Below the pieces are notes generated by a model. It worked only from the letters and a program-made list of their open reading frames with translations. It searched no databases and was not told the origin of the DNA. Below, one piece after another: positions 33,101 through 48,100 of a DNA stretch of 64,000 bases (the first letter of the stretch is position 1; every line of letters starts with the position of its first letter). The stretch is from Nemertoderma westbladi (Eukaryota; Animalia; Xenacoelomorpha). The stretch covers positions 1 through 64,000 of the forward strand of contig JAUCBJ010008895.1 in assembly GCA_032718475.1 (NCBI GenBank). Direction: 5' to 3'. The translations under genes were made by a program, and so were the position numbers.

Positions 33101-36100
33101 CTGGATAATGTTTTTTTCTATAGTCGGTAAGTAGAGCAGACTGCTGGATAATGTTTCATTCTATAGTTGATAAGTACAGCAGACTGGTTGGATAATGTTT
33201 CATTCTATAGTTGATAAGTACATCAGACTGCTGGAGAATGTTTCATTCTATAGTCGGTAAGTATAGCAGACTGCTGGATAATGTTTTATTCTATAGTCGG
33301 TAAGTATAGCAGACTGCTGGAGAATGTTTCATTCTATAGTTGATAAGTACAGCAGACTGGCTGGAGAATGTTACATTCTATAGTCGGTAAGTATAGCAGA
33401 CTGCTGGATAATATTTTATTCTATAGTCGGTAAGTATAGCAGACTGGCTGGATAATGTTTTATTCTATAGTCGGTAAGTAGAGCAGACTGCTGGATAATG
33501 TTTTATTATATAGTCGGTAAGTATAGCAGACTGGCTGGATAATGTTTTATTCTATAGTCGGTAAGTAGAGCAGACTGCTGGATAATGTTTTATTCTATAG
33601 TCGGTAAGTATAGCAGACTGGCTGGTTAATGTTTTATTCTATAGTCGGTAAGTAGAGCAGACTGCTGGAGAATGTTTCATTCTATAGTCGGTAAGTATAG
33701 CAGACTGCTGGAGAATGTTTCATTCTATAGTTGATAAGTGCAGCAGATTGGCTGGAGAATGTGTCATTCTATAGTTGAAAAGTACAGCAGACTGGTTGGA
33801 TAATGTTTCATTCTATAGTTGATAAGTACATCAGACTGCTGGAGAATGTTTCATTCTATAGTCGGTAAGTATAGCAGACTGCTGGAGAAGGTTTCATTCT
33901 ATAGTTGATAAGTGCAGCAGACTGCTGGAGAATGTTTCATTCTATAGTCGGTAAGTATAGCAGACTGCTGGATAATGTTTTATTCTATAGTCGGTAAGTA
34001 TAGCAGACTGCTGGATAATGTTTTATTCTATAGTCGGTAAGTAGAGCAGACTGCTGGAGAATGTTTCATTCTATAGTCGGTAAGTATAGCAGACTGCTGG
34101 AGAATGTGTCATTCTATAGTTGATAAGTACAGCAGACTGGCTGGATAATGTTTCATTCTATAGTCGGTAATTATAGCAGACTGCTGGATAATGTTTCATT
34201 CTATAGTTGATAAGTGCAGCAGACTGCTGGAGAATGTTTCATTCTATAGTTGATAAGTACAGCAGACTGGCTGGATAATGTTTCATTCTATAGTCGGTAA
34301 GTATAGCAGACTGCTGGATAATGTTTCATTCTATAGTTGATAAGTACAGCAGACTGGCTGGATAATGTTTCATTCTATAGTCGGTAAGTATAGCAGACTG
34401 CTGGATAATGTTTCATTATATAGTCGGTAAGTATAGCAGACTGCTGGAGAATGTTTCATTCTATATTTAATAAGTACAGCAGACTGCTAGAGAATATTTT
34501 ATTCTATAGTTGATAAGTATAGCAGACTGCTGGAGAATGTGTCATTCTATAGTTGATAAGTACAGCAGACTGGTTGGATAATGTTTCATTCTATAGTTGA
34601 TAAGTACAGCAGACTGCTGGAGAATGTTTCATTCTATAGTCGGTAAGTACAGCAGACTGCTGGAGAATGTTTCATTCTATAGTTGATAAGTACAGCAGAC
34701 TGGTTGGATAATGTTTCATTCTATAGTTGATAAGTACATCAGACTGCTGGATAATGTTTCATTCTATAGTCGGTAAGTATAGCAGACTGCTGGAGAATGT
34801 TTCATTATATAGTCGGTAAGTATAGCAGACTGCTGGAGAAGGTTTCATTCTATATTTAATAAGTACAGCAGACTGCTAGAGAATATTTTATTCTATAGTT
34901 GATAAGTGCAGCAGACTGCTGGAGAATGTGTCATTCTATAGTTGATAAGTACAGCAGACTGGTTGGATAATGTTTCATTCTATAGTTGATAAGTACATCA
35001 GACTGCTGGATAATGTTTCATTCTATAGTCGGTAAGTATAGCAGACTGCTGGAGAATGTTTCATTATATAGTCGGTAAGTATAGCAGACTGCTGGAGAAG
35101 GTTTCATTCTATAGTCGGTAAGTACAGCAGACTGCTGGAGAATGTTTCATTCTATAGTCGGTAAGTATAGCAGACTGCTGGATAATGTTTTATTCTATAG
35201 TCGGTAAGTATAGCAGACTGGCTGGATAATGTTTTTTTCTATAGTCGGTAAGTAGAGCAGACTGCTGGATAATGTTTCATTCTATAGTTGATAAGTACAG
35301 CAGACTGGTTGGATAATGTTTCATTCTATAGTTGATAAGTACATCAGACTGCTGGAGAATGTTTCATTCTATAGTCGGTAAGTATAGCAGACTGCTGGAT
35401 AATGTTTTATTCTATAGTCGGTAAGTATAGCAGACTGCTGGAGAATGTTTCATTCTATAGTTGATAAGTACAGCAGACTGGCTGGAGAATGTTTCATTCT
35501 ATAGTCGGTAAGTATAGCAGACTGCTGGATAATGTTTTATTCTATAGTCGGTAAGTATAGCAGACTGGCTGGATAATGTTTTATTCTATAGTCGGTAAGT
35601 AGAGCAGACTGCTGGATAATGTTTTATTCTATAGTCGGTAAGTATAGCAGACTGGCTGGATAATGTTTTATTCTATAGTCGGTAAGTAGAGCAGACTGCT
35701 GGATAATGTTTTATTCTATAGTCGGTAAGTATAGCAGACTGGCTGGTTAATGTTTTATTCTATAGTCGGTAAGTAGAGCAGACTGCTGGAGAATGTTTCA
35801 TTCTATAGTCGGTAAGTATAGCAGACTGCTGGAGAATGTTTCATTCTATAGTTGATAAGTGCAGCAGATTGGCTGGAGAATGTGTCATTCTATAGTTGAA
35901 AAGTACAGCAGACTGGTTGGATAATGTTTCATTCTATAGTTGATAAGTACATCAGACTGCTGGAGAATGTTTCATTCTATAGTCGGTAAGTATAGCAGAC
36001 TGCTGGAGAAGGTTTCATTCTATAGTTGATAAGTGCAGCAGACTGCTGGAGAATGTTTCATTCTATAGTCGGTAAGTATAGCAGACTGCTGGATAATGTT

Positions 36101-39100
36101 TTATTCTATAGTCGGTAAGTATAGCAGACTGCTGGATAATGTTTTATTCTATAGTCGGTAAGTAGAGCAGACTGCTGGAGAATGTTTCATTCTATAGTCG
36201 GTAAGTATAGCAGACTGCTGGAGAATGTGTCATTCTATAGTTGATAAGTACAGCAGACTGGCTGGATAATGTTTCATTCTATAGTCGGTAATTATAGCAG
36301 ACTGCTGGATAATGTTTCATTCTATAGTTGATAAGTGCAGCAGACTGCTGGAGAATGTTTCATTCTATAGTTGATAAGTACAGCAGACTGGCTGGATAAT
36401 GTTTCATTCTATAGTCGGTAAGTATAGCAGACTGCTGGATAATGTTTCATTCTATAGTTGATAAGTACAGCAGACTGGCTGGATAATGTTTCATTCTATA
36501 GTCGGTAAGTATAGCAGACTGCTGGATAATGTTTCATTCTATAGTTGATAAGTGCAGCAGACTGCTGGAGAATGTTTCATTCTATAGTTGATAAGTACAG
36601 CAGACTGGCTGGATAATGTTTCATTCTATAGTTGTTAAGTACAGCAGACTGCTGGAGAATGTTTCATTCTATAGTTGATAAGTACAGCAGACTGCTGGAG
36701 AATGTTTCATTATATAGTCGGTAAGTATAGCAGACTGCTGGAGAATGTTTCATTCTATATTTAATAAGTACAGCAGACTGCTAGAGAATATTTTATTCTA
36801 TAGTTGATAAGTATAGCAGACTGCTGGAGAATGTGTCATTCTATAGTTGATAAGTACAGCAGACTGGTTGGATAATGTTTCATTCTATAGTTGATAAGTA
36901 CAGCAGACTGCTGGAGAATGTTTCATTCTATAGTCGGTAAGTACAGCAGACTGCTGGAGAATGTTTCATTCTATAGTTGATAAGTACAGCAGACTGGTTG
37001 GATAATGTTTCATTCTATAGTTGATAAGTACATCAGACTGCTGGATAATGTTTCATTCTATAGTCGGTAAGTATAGCAGACTGCTGGAGAATGTTTCATT
37101 ATATAGTCGGTAAGTATAGCAGACTGCTGGAGAAGGTTTCATTCTATATTTAATAAGTACAGCAGACTGCTAGAGAATTTTTTATTCTATAGTTGATAAG
37201 TGCAGCAGACTGCTGGAGAATGTGTCATTCTATAGTTGATAAGTACAGCAGACTGGTTGGATAATGTTTCATTCTATAGTTGATAAGTACATCAGACTGC
37301 TGGATAATGTTTCATTCTATAGTCGGTAAGTATAGCAGACTGCTGGAGAATGTTTCATTATATAGTCGGTAAGTATAGCAGACTGCTGGAGAAGGTTTCA
37401 TTCTATAGTCGGTAAGTACAGCAGACTGCTGGATAATGTTTTATTCTATAGTCGGTAAGTATAGCAGACTGGCTGGATAATGTTTTTTTCTATAGTCGGT
37501 AAGTAGAGCAGACTGCTGGATAATGTTTCATTCTATAGTTGATAAGTACAGCAGACTGGTTGGATAATGTTTCATTCTATAGTTGATAAGTACATCAGAC
37601 TGCTGGAGAATGTTTCATTCTATAGTCGGTAAGTATAGCAGACTGCTGGATAATGTTTTATTCTATAGTCGGTAAGTATAGCAGACTGCTGGAGAATGTT
37701 TCATTCTATAGTTGATAAGTACAGCGGACTGGCTGGAGAATGTTTCATTCTATAGTCGGTAAGTATAGCAGACTGCTGGATAATGTTTTATTCTATAGTC
37801 GGTAAGTATAGCAGACTGGCTGGATAATGTTTTATTCTATAGTCGGTAAGTAGAGCAGACTGCTGGATAATGTTTTATTCTATAGTCGGTAAGTATAACA
37901 GACTGGCTGGATAATGTTTTATTCTATAGTCGGTAAGTAGAGCAGACTGCTGGATAATGTTTTATTCTATAGTCGGTAAGTATAGCAGACTGGCTGGTTA
38001 ATGTTTTATTCTATAGTCGGTAAGTAGAGCAGACTGCTGGAGAATGTTTCATTCTATAGTCGGTAAGTATAGCAGACTGCTGGAGAATGTTTCATTCTAT
38101 AGTTGATAAGTGCAGCAGATTGGCTGGAGAATGTGTCATTCTATAGTTGAAAAGTACAGCAGACTGGTTGGATAATGTTTCATTCTATAGTTGATAAGTA
38201 CATCAGACTGCTGGAGAATGTTTCATTCTATAGTCGGTAAGTATAGCAGACTGCTGGAGAAGGTTTCATTCTATAGTTGATAAGTGCAGCAGACTGCTGG
38301 AGAATGTTTCATTCTATAGTCGGTAAGTATAGCAGACTGCTGGATAATGTTTTATTCTATAGTCGGTAAGTATAGCAGACTGCTGGATAATGTTTTATTC
38401 TATAGTCGGTAAGTAGAGCAGACTGCTGGAGAATGTTTCATTCTATAGTCGGTAAGTATAGCAGACTGCTGGAGAATGTGTCATTCTATAGTTGATAAGT
38501 ACAGCAGACTGGCTGGATAATGTTTCATTCTATAGTCGGTAATTATAGCAGACTGCTGGATAATGTTTCATTCTATAGTTGATAAGTGCAGCAGACTGCT
38601 GGAGAATGTTTCATTCTATAGTTGATAAGTACAGCAGACTGGCTGGATAATGTTTCATTCTATAGTCGGTAAGTATAGCAGACTGCTGGATAATGTTTCA
38701 TTCTATAGTTGATAAGTACAGCAGACTGGCTGGATAATGTTTCATTCTATAGTCGGTAAGTATAGCAGACTGCTGGATAATGTTTCATTCTATAGTTGAT
38801 AAGTGCAGCAGACTGCTGGAGAATGTTTCATTCTATAGTTGATAAGTACAGCAGACTGGCTGGATAATGTTTCATTCTATAGTCGGTAAGTATAGCAGAC
38901 TGCTGGATAATGTTTCATTCTATAGTCGGTAAGTATAGCAGACTGCTGGATAATGTTTCATTCTATAGTCGGTAAGTATAGCAGACTGGCTGGTTAATGT
39001 TTTATTCTATAGTCGGTAAGTAGAGCAGACTGCTGGAGAATGTTTCATTCTATAGTCGGTAAGTATAGCATACTGCTGGAGAATGTTTCATTCTATAGTT

Positions 39101-42100
39101 GATAAGTGCAGCAGATTGGCTGGAGAATGTGTCATTCTATAGTTGAAAAGTACAGCAGACTGGTTGGATAATGTTTCATTCTATAGTCGGTAAGTATAGC
39201 AGACTGCTGGATAATGTTTCATTCTATAGTTGATAAGTGCAGCAGACTGCTGGAGAATGTTTCATTCTATAGTCGGTAAGTATAGCAGACTGCTGGATAA
39301 TGTTTTATTCTATAGTCGGTAAGTATAGCAGACTGCTGGATAATGTTTTATTCTATAGTCGGTAAGTAGAGCAGACTGCTGGAGAATGTTTCATTCTATA
39401 GTCGGTAAGTATAGCAGACTGCTGGAGAATGTGTCATTCTATAGTTGATAAGTACAGCAGACTGGCTGGATAATGTTTCATTCTATAGTCGGTAATTATA
39501 GCAGACTGCTGGATAATGTTTCATTCTATAGTTGATAAGTGCAGCAGACTGCTGGAGAATGTTTCATTCTATAGTTGATAAGTACAGCAGACTGGCTGGA
39601 TAATGTTTCATTCTATAGTCGGTAAGTATAGCAGACTGCTGGAGAATGTTTCATTCTATAGTTGATAAGTACAGCAGACTGGCTGGATAATGTTTCATTC
39701 TATAGTCGGTAAGTATAGCAGACTGCTGGATAATGTTTCATTCTATAGTTGATAAGTACAGCAGACTGGCTGGATAATGTTTCATTCTATAGTCGGTAAG
39801 TATAGCAGACTGCTGGATAATGTTTCATTCTATAGTCGGTAAGTATAGCAGACTGCTGGATAATGTTTTATTCTATAGTCGGTAAGTATAGCAGACTGCT
39901 GGAGAATGTTTCATTCTATAGTTGATAAGTACAGCAGACTGGCTGGAGAATGTTTCATTCTATAGTCGGTAAGTATAGCAGACTGCTGGATAATGTTTTA
40001 TTCTATAGTCGGTAAGTATAGCAGACTGGCTGGATAATGTTTTATTCTATAGTCGGTAAGTAGAGCAGACTGCTGGATAATGTTTTATTCTATAGTCGGT
40101 AAGTATAGCAGACTGGCTGGATAATGTTTTATTCTATAGTCGGTAAGTAGAGCAGACTGCTGGATAATGTTTTATTCTATAGTCGGTAAGTATAGCAGAC
40201 TGGCTGGTTAATGTTTTATTCTATAGTCGGTAAGTAGAGCAGACTGCTGGAGAATGTTTCATTCTATAGTCGGTAAGTATAGCAGACTGCTGGAGAATGT
40301 TTCATTCTATAGTTGATAAGTGCAGCAGATTGGCTGGAGAATGTGTCATTCTATAGTTGAAAAGTACAGCAGACTGGTTGGATAATGTTTCATTCTATAG
40401 TTGATAAGTACATCAGACTGCTGGAGAATGTTTCATTCTATAGTCGGTAAGTATAGCAGACTGCTGGAGAAGGTTTCATTCTATAGTTGATAAGTGCAGC
40501 AGACTGCTGGAGAATGTTTCATTCTATAGTCGGTAAGTATAGCAGACTGCTGGATAATGTTTTATTCTATAGTCGGTAAGTATAGCAGACTGCTGGATAA
40601 TGTTTTATTCTATAGTCGGTAAGTAGAGCAGACTGCTGGAGAATGTTTCATTCTATAGTCGGTAAGTATAGCAGACTGCTGGAGAATGTGTCATTCTATA
40701 GTTGATAAGTACAGCAGACTGGCTGGATAATGTTTCATTCTATAGTCGGTAATTATAGCAGACTGCTGGATAATGTTTCATTCTATAGTTGATAAGTGCA
40801 GCAGACTGCTGGAGAATGTTTCATTCTATAGTTGATAAGTACAGCAGACTGGCTGGATAATGTTTCATTCTATAGTCGGTAAGTATAGCAGACTGCTGGA
40901 TAATGTTTCATTCTATAGTTGATAAGTACAGCAGACTGGCTGGATAATGTTTCATTCTATAGTCGGTAAGTATAGCAGACTGCTGGATAATGTTTCATTC
41001 TATAGTTGATAAGTGCAGCAGACTGCTGGAGAATGTTTCATTCTATAGTTGATAAGTACAGCAGACTGGCTGGATAATGTTTCATTCTATAGTTGTTAAG
41101 TACAGCAGACTGCTGGAGAATGTTTCATTCTATAGTTGATAAGTACAGCAGACTGCTGGAGAATGTTTCATTATATAGTCGGTAAGTATAGCAGACTGCT
41201 GGAGAATGTTTCATTCTATATTTAATAAGTACAGCAGACTGCTAGAGAATATTTTATTCTATAGTTGATAAGTATAGCAGACTGCTGGAGAATGTGTCAT
41301 TCTATAGTTGATAAGTACAGCAGACTGGTTGGATAATGTTTCATTCTATAGTTGATAAGTACAGCAGACTGCTGGAGAATGTTTCATTCTATAGTCGGTA
41401 AGTACAGCAGACTGCTGGAGAATGTTTCATTCTATAGTTGATAAGTACAGCAGACTGGTTGGATAATGTTTCATTCTATAGTTGATAAGTACATCAGACT
41501 GCTGGATAATGTTTCATTCTATAGTCGGTAAGTATAGCAGACTGCTGGAGAATGTTTCATTATATAGTCGGTAAGTATAGCAGACTGCTGGAGAAGGTTT
41601 CATTCTATATTTAATAAGTACAGCAGACTGCTAGAGAATTTTTTATTCTATAGTTGATAAGTGCAGCAGACTGCTGGAGAATGTGTCATTCTATAGTTGA
41701 TAAGTACAGCAGACTGGTTGGATAATGTTTCATTCTATAGTTGATAAGTACATCAGACTGCTGGATAATGTTTCATTCTATAGTCGGTAAGTATAGCAGA
41801 CTGCTGGAGAATGTTTCATTATATAGTCGGTAAGTATAGCAGACTGCTGGAGAAGGTTTCATTCTATAGTCGGTAAGTACAGCAGACTGCTGGATAATGT
41901 TTTATTCTATAGTCGGTAAGTATAGCAGACTGGCTGGATAATGTTTTTTTCTATAGTCGGTAAGTAGAGCAGACTGCTGGATAATGTTTCATTCTATAGT
42001 TGATAAGTACAGCAGACTGGTTGGATAATGTTTCATTCTATAGTTGATAAGTACATCAGACTGCTGGAGAATGTTTCATTCTATAGTCGGTAAGTATAGC

Positions 42101-45100
42101 AGACTGCTGGATAATGTTTTATTCTATAGTCGGTAAGTATAGCAGACTGCTGGAGAATGTTTCATTCTATAGTTGATAAGTACAGCAGACTGGCTGGAGA
42201 ATGTTTCATTCTATAGTCGGTAAGTATAGCAGACTGCTGGATAATGTTTTATTCTATAGTCGGTAAGTATAGCAGACTGGCTGGATAATGTTTTATTCTA
42301 TAGTCGGTAAGTAGAGCAGACTGCTGGATAATGTTTTATTCTATAGTCGGTAAGTATAACAGACTGGCTGGATAATGTTTTATTCTATAGTCGGTAAGTA
42401 GAGCAGACTGCTGGATAATGTTTTATTCTATAGTCGGTAAGTATAGCAGACTGGCTGGTTAATGTTTTATTCTATAGTCGGTAAGTAGAGCAGACTGCTG
42501 GAGAATGTTTCATTCTATAGTCGGTAAGTATAGCAGACTGCTGGAGAATGTTTCATTCTATAGTTGATAAGTGCAGCAGATTGGCTGGAGAATGTGTCAT
42601 TCTATAGTTGAAAAGTACAGCAGACTGGTTGGATAATGTTTCATTCTATAGTTGATAAGTACATCAGACTGCTGGAGAATGTTTCATTCTATAGTCGGTA
42701 AGTATAGCAGACTGCTGGAGAAGGTTTCATTCTATAGTTGATAAGTGCAGCAGACTGCTGGAGAATGTTTCATTCTATAGTCGGTAAGTATAGCAGACTG
42801 CTGGATAATGTTTTATTCTATAGTCGGTAAGTATAGCAGACTGCTGGATAATGTTTTATTCTATAGTCGGTAAGTAGAGCAGACTGCTGGAGAATGTTTC
42901 ATTCTATAGTCGGTAAGTATAGCAGACTGCTGGAGAATGTGTCATTCTATAGTTGATAAGTACAGCAGACTGGCTGGATAATGTTTCATTCTATAGTCGG
43001 TAATTATAGCAGACTGCTGGATAATGTTTCATTCTATAGTTGATAAGTGCAGCAGACTGCTGGAGAATGTTTCATTCTATAGTTGATAAGTACAGCAGAC
43101 TGGCTGGATAATGTTTCATTCTATAGTCGGTAAGTATAGCAGACTGCTGGATAATGTTTCATTCTATAGTTGATAAGTACAGCAGACTGGCTGGATAATG
43201 TTTCATTCTATAGTCGGTAAGTATAGCAGACTGCTGGATAATGTTTCATTCTATAGTTGATAAGTGCAGCAGACTGCTGGAGAATGTTTCATTCTATAGT
43301 TGATAAGTACAGCAGACTGGCTGGATAATGTTTCATTCTATAGTCGGTAAGTATAGCAGACTGCTGGATAATGTTTCATTCTATAGTCGGTAAGTATAGC
43401 AGACTGCTGGATAATGTTTCATTCTATAGTCGGTAAGTATAGCAGACTGGCTGGTTAATGTTTTATTCTATAGTCGGTAAGTAGAGCAGACTGCTGGAGA
43501 ATGTTTCATTCTATAGTCGGTAAGTATAGCATACTGCTGGAGAATGTTTCATTCTATAGTTGATAAGTGCAGCAGATTGGCTGGAGAATGTGTCATTCTA
43601 TAGTTGAAAAGTACAGCAGACTGGTTGGATAATGTTTCATTCTATAGTTGATAAGTACATCAGACTGCTGGAGAATGTTTCATTCTATAGTCGGTAAGTA
43701 TAGCAGACTGCTGGAGAAGGTTTCATTCTATAGTTGATAAGTGCAGCAGACTGCTGGAGAATGTTTCATTCTATAGTCGGTAAGTATAGCAGACTGCTGG
43801 ATAATGTTTTATTCTATAGTCGGTAAGTATAGCAGACTGCTGGATAATGTTTTATTCTATAGTCGGTAAGTAGAGCAGACTGCTGGAGAATGTTTCATTC
43901 TATAGTCGGTAAGTATAGCAGACTGTTGGAGAATGTGTCATTCTATAGTTGATAAGTACAGCAGACTGGCTGGATAATGTTTCATTCTATAGTCGGTAAT
44001 TATAGCAGACTGCTGGATAATGTTTCATTCTATAGTTGATAAGTGCAGCAGACTGCTGGAGAATGTTTCATTCTATAGTTGATAAGTACAGCAGACTGGT
44101 TGGATAATGTTTCATTCTATAGTTGATAAGTACATCAGACTGCTGGATAATGTTTCATTCTATAGTCGGTATGTATAGCAGACTGCTGGAGAATGTTTCA
44201 TTATATAGTCGGTAAGTATAGCAGACTGTTGGAGAAGGTTTCATTCTATAGTCGGTAAGTACAGCAGACTGCTGGAGAATGTTTCATTCTATAGTCGGTA
44301 AGTATAGCAGACTGCTGGATAATGTTTTATTCTATAGTCAGTAAGTATAGCAGACTGGCTGGATAATGTTTTTTTCTATAGTCGGTAAGTAGAGCAGACT
44401 GCTGGATAATGTTTCATTCTATAGTTGATAAGTACAGCAGACTGGTTGGATAATATTTCATTCTATAGTTGATAAGTACATCAGACTGCTGGAGAATGTT
44501 TCATTCTATAGTCGGTAAGTATAGCAGACTGCTGGATAATGTTTTATTCTATAGTCGGTAAGTATAGCAGACTGCTGGAGAATGTTTCATTCTATAGTTG
44601 ATAAGTACAGCAGACTGGCTGGAGAATGTTTCATTCTATAGTCGGTAAGTATAGCAGACTGCTGGATAATGTTTTATTCTATAGTCGGTAAGTATAGCAG
44701 ACTGGCTGGATAATGTTTTATTCTATAGTCGGTAAGTAGAGCAGACTGCTGGATAATGTTTTATTCTATAGTCGGTAAGTATAGCAGACTGGCTGGATAA
44801 TGTTTTATTCTATAGTCGGTAAGTAGAGCAGACTGCTGGATAATGTTTTATTCTATAGTCGGTAAGTATAGCAGACTGGCTGGTTAATGTTTTATTCTAT
44901 AGTTGGTAAGTAGAGCAGACTGCTGGAGAATGTTTCATTCTATAGTCGGTAAGTATAGCAGACTGCTGGAGAATGTTTCATTCTATAGTTGATAAGTGCA
45001 GCAGATTGGCTGGAGAATGTGTCATTCTATAGTTGAAAAGTACAGCAGACTGGTTGGATAATGTTTCATTCTATAGTTGATAAGTACATCAGACTGCTGG

Positions 45101-48100
45101 AGAATGTTTCATTCTATAGTCGGTAAGTATAGCAGACTGCTGGAGAAGGTTTCATTCTATAGTTGATAAGTGCAGCAGACTGCTGGAGAATGTTTCATTC
45201 TATAGTCGGTAAGTATAGCAGACTGCTGGATAATGTTTTATTCTATAGTCGGTAAGTATAGCAGACTGCTGGATAATGTTTTATTCTATAGTCGGTAAGT
45301 AGAGCAGACTGCTGGAGAATGTTTCATTCTATAGTCGGTAAGTATAGCAGACTGCTGGAGAATGTGTCATTCTATAGTTGATAAGTACAGCAGACTGGCT
45401 GGATAATGTTTCATTCTATAGTCGGTAATTATAGCAGACTGCTGGATAATGTTTCATTCTATAGTTGATAAGTGCAGCAGACTGCTGGAGAATGTTTCAT
45501 TCTATAGTTGATAAGTACAGCAGACTGGCTGGATAATGTTTCATTCTATAGTCGGTAAGTATAGCAGACTGCTGGATAATGTTTCATTCTATAGTTGATA
45601 AGTACAGCAGACTGGCTGGATAATGTTTCATTCTATAGTCGGTAAGTATAGCAGACTGCTGGATAATGTTTCATTCTATAGTTGATAAGTGCAGCAGACT
45701 GCTGGAGAATGTTTCATTCTATAGTTGATAAGTACAGCAGACTGGCTGGATAATGTTTCATTCTATAGTTGTTAAGTACAGCAGACTGCTGGAGAATGTT
45801 TCATTCTATAGTTGATAAGTACAGCAGACTGCTGGAGAATGTTTCATTATATAGTCGGTAAGTATAGCAGACTGCTGGAGAATGTTTCATTCTATATTTA
45901 ATAAGTACAGCAGACTGCTAGAGAATATTTTATTCTATAGTTGATAAGTATAGCAGACTGCTGGAGAATGTGTCATTCTATAGTTGATAAGTACAGCAGA
46001 CTGGTTGGATAATGTTTCATTCTATAGTTGATAAGTACAGCAGACTGCTGGAGAATGTTTCATTCTATAGTCGGTAAGTACAGCAGACTGCTGGAGAATG
46101 TTTCATTCTATAGTTGATAAGTACAGCAGACTGGTTGGATAATGTTTCATTCTATAGTTGATAAGTACATCAGACTGCTGGATAATGTTTCATTCTATAG
46201 TCGGTAAGTATAGCAGACTGCTGGAGAATGTTTCATTATATAGTCGGTAAGTATAGCAGACTGCTGGAGAAGGTTTCATTCTATATTTAATAAGTACAGC
46301 AGACTGCTAGAGAATATTTTATTCTATAGTTGATAAGTGCAGCAGACTGCTGGAGAATGTGTCATTCTATAGTTGATAAGTACAGCAGACTGGTTGGATA
46401 ATGTTTCATTCTATAGTTGATAAGTACATCAGACTGCTGGATAATGTTTCATTCTATAGTCGGTAAGTATAGCAGACTGCTGGAGAATGTTTCATTATAT
46501 AGTCGGTAAGTATAGCAGACTGCTGGAGAAGGTTTCATTCTATAGTCGGTAAGTACAGCAGACTGCTGGATAATGTTTTATTCTATAGTCGGTAAGTATA
46601 GCAGACTGGCTGGATAATGTTTTTTTCTATAGTCGGTAAGTAGAGCAGACTGCTGGATAATGTTTCATTCTATAGTTGATAAGTACAGCAGACTGGTTGG
46701 ATAATGTTTCATTCTATAGTTGATAAGTACATCAGACTGCTGGAGAATGTTTCATTCTATAGTAGGTAAGTATAGCAGACTGCTGGATAATGTTTTATTC
46801 TATAGTCGGTAAGTATAGCAGACTGCTGGAGAATGTTTCATTCTATAGTTGATAAGTACAGCAGACTGGCTGGAGAATGTTTCATTCTATAGTCGGTAAG
46901 TATAGCAGACTGCTGGATAATGTTTTATTCTATAGTCGGTAAGTATAGCAGACTGGCTGGATAATGTTTTATTCTATAGTCGGTAAGTAGAGCAGACTGC
47001 TGGATAATGTTTTATTCTATAGTCGGTAAGTATAGCAGACTGGCTGGATAATGTTTTATTCTATAGTCGGTAAGTAGAGCAGACTGCTGGATAATGTTTT
47101 ATTCTATAGTCGGTAAGTATAGCAGACTGGCTGGTTAATGTTTTATTCTATAGTCGGTAAGTAGAGCAGACTGCTGGAGAATGTTTCATTCTATAGTCGG
47201 TAAGTATAGCAGACTGCTGGAGAATGTTTCATTCTATAGTTGATAAGTGCAGCAGATTGGCTGGAGAATGTGTCATTCTATAGTTGAAAAGTACAGCAGA
47301 CTGGTTGGATAATGTTTCATTCTATAGTTGATAAGTACATCAGACTGCTGGAGAATGTGTCATTCTATAGTTGATAAGTACAGCAGACTGGTTGGATAAT
47401 GTTTCATTCTATAGTTGATAAGTACATCAGACTGCTGGATAATGTTTCATTCTATAGTCGGTAAGTATAGCAGACTGCTGGAGAATGTTTCATTATATAG
47501 TCGGTAAGTATAGCAGACTGCTGGAGAAGGTTTCATTCTATAGTCGGTAAGTACAGCAGACTGCTGGATAATGTTTTATTCTATAGTCGGTAAGTATAGC
47601 AGACTGGCTGGATAATGTTTTTTTCTATAGTCGGTAAGTAGAGCAGACTGCTGGATAATGTTTCATTCTATAGTTGATAAGTACAGCAGACTGGTTGGAT
47701 AATGTTTCATTCTATAGTTGATAAGTACATCAGACTGCTGGAGAATGTTTCATTCTATAGTAGGTAAGTATAGCAGACTGCTGGATAATGTTTTATTCTA
47801 TAGTCGGTAAGTATAGCAGACTGCTGGAGAATGTTTCATTCTATAGTTGATAAGTACAGCAGACTGGCTGGAGAATGTTTCATTCTATAGTCGGTAAGTA
47901 TAGCAGACTGCTGGATAATGTTTTATTCTATAGTCGGTAAGTATAGCAGACTGGCTGGATAATGTTTTATTCTATAGTCGGTAAGTAGAGCAGACTGCTG
48001 GATAATGTTTTATTCTATAGTCGGTAAGTATAGCAGACTGGCTGGATAATGTTTTATTCTATAGTCGGTAAGTAGAGCAGACTGCTGGATAATGTTTTAT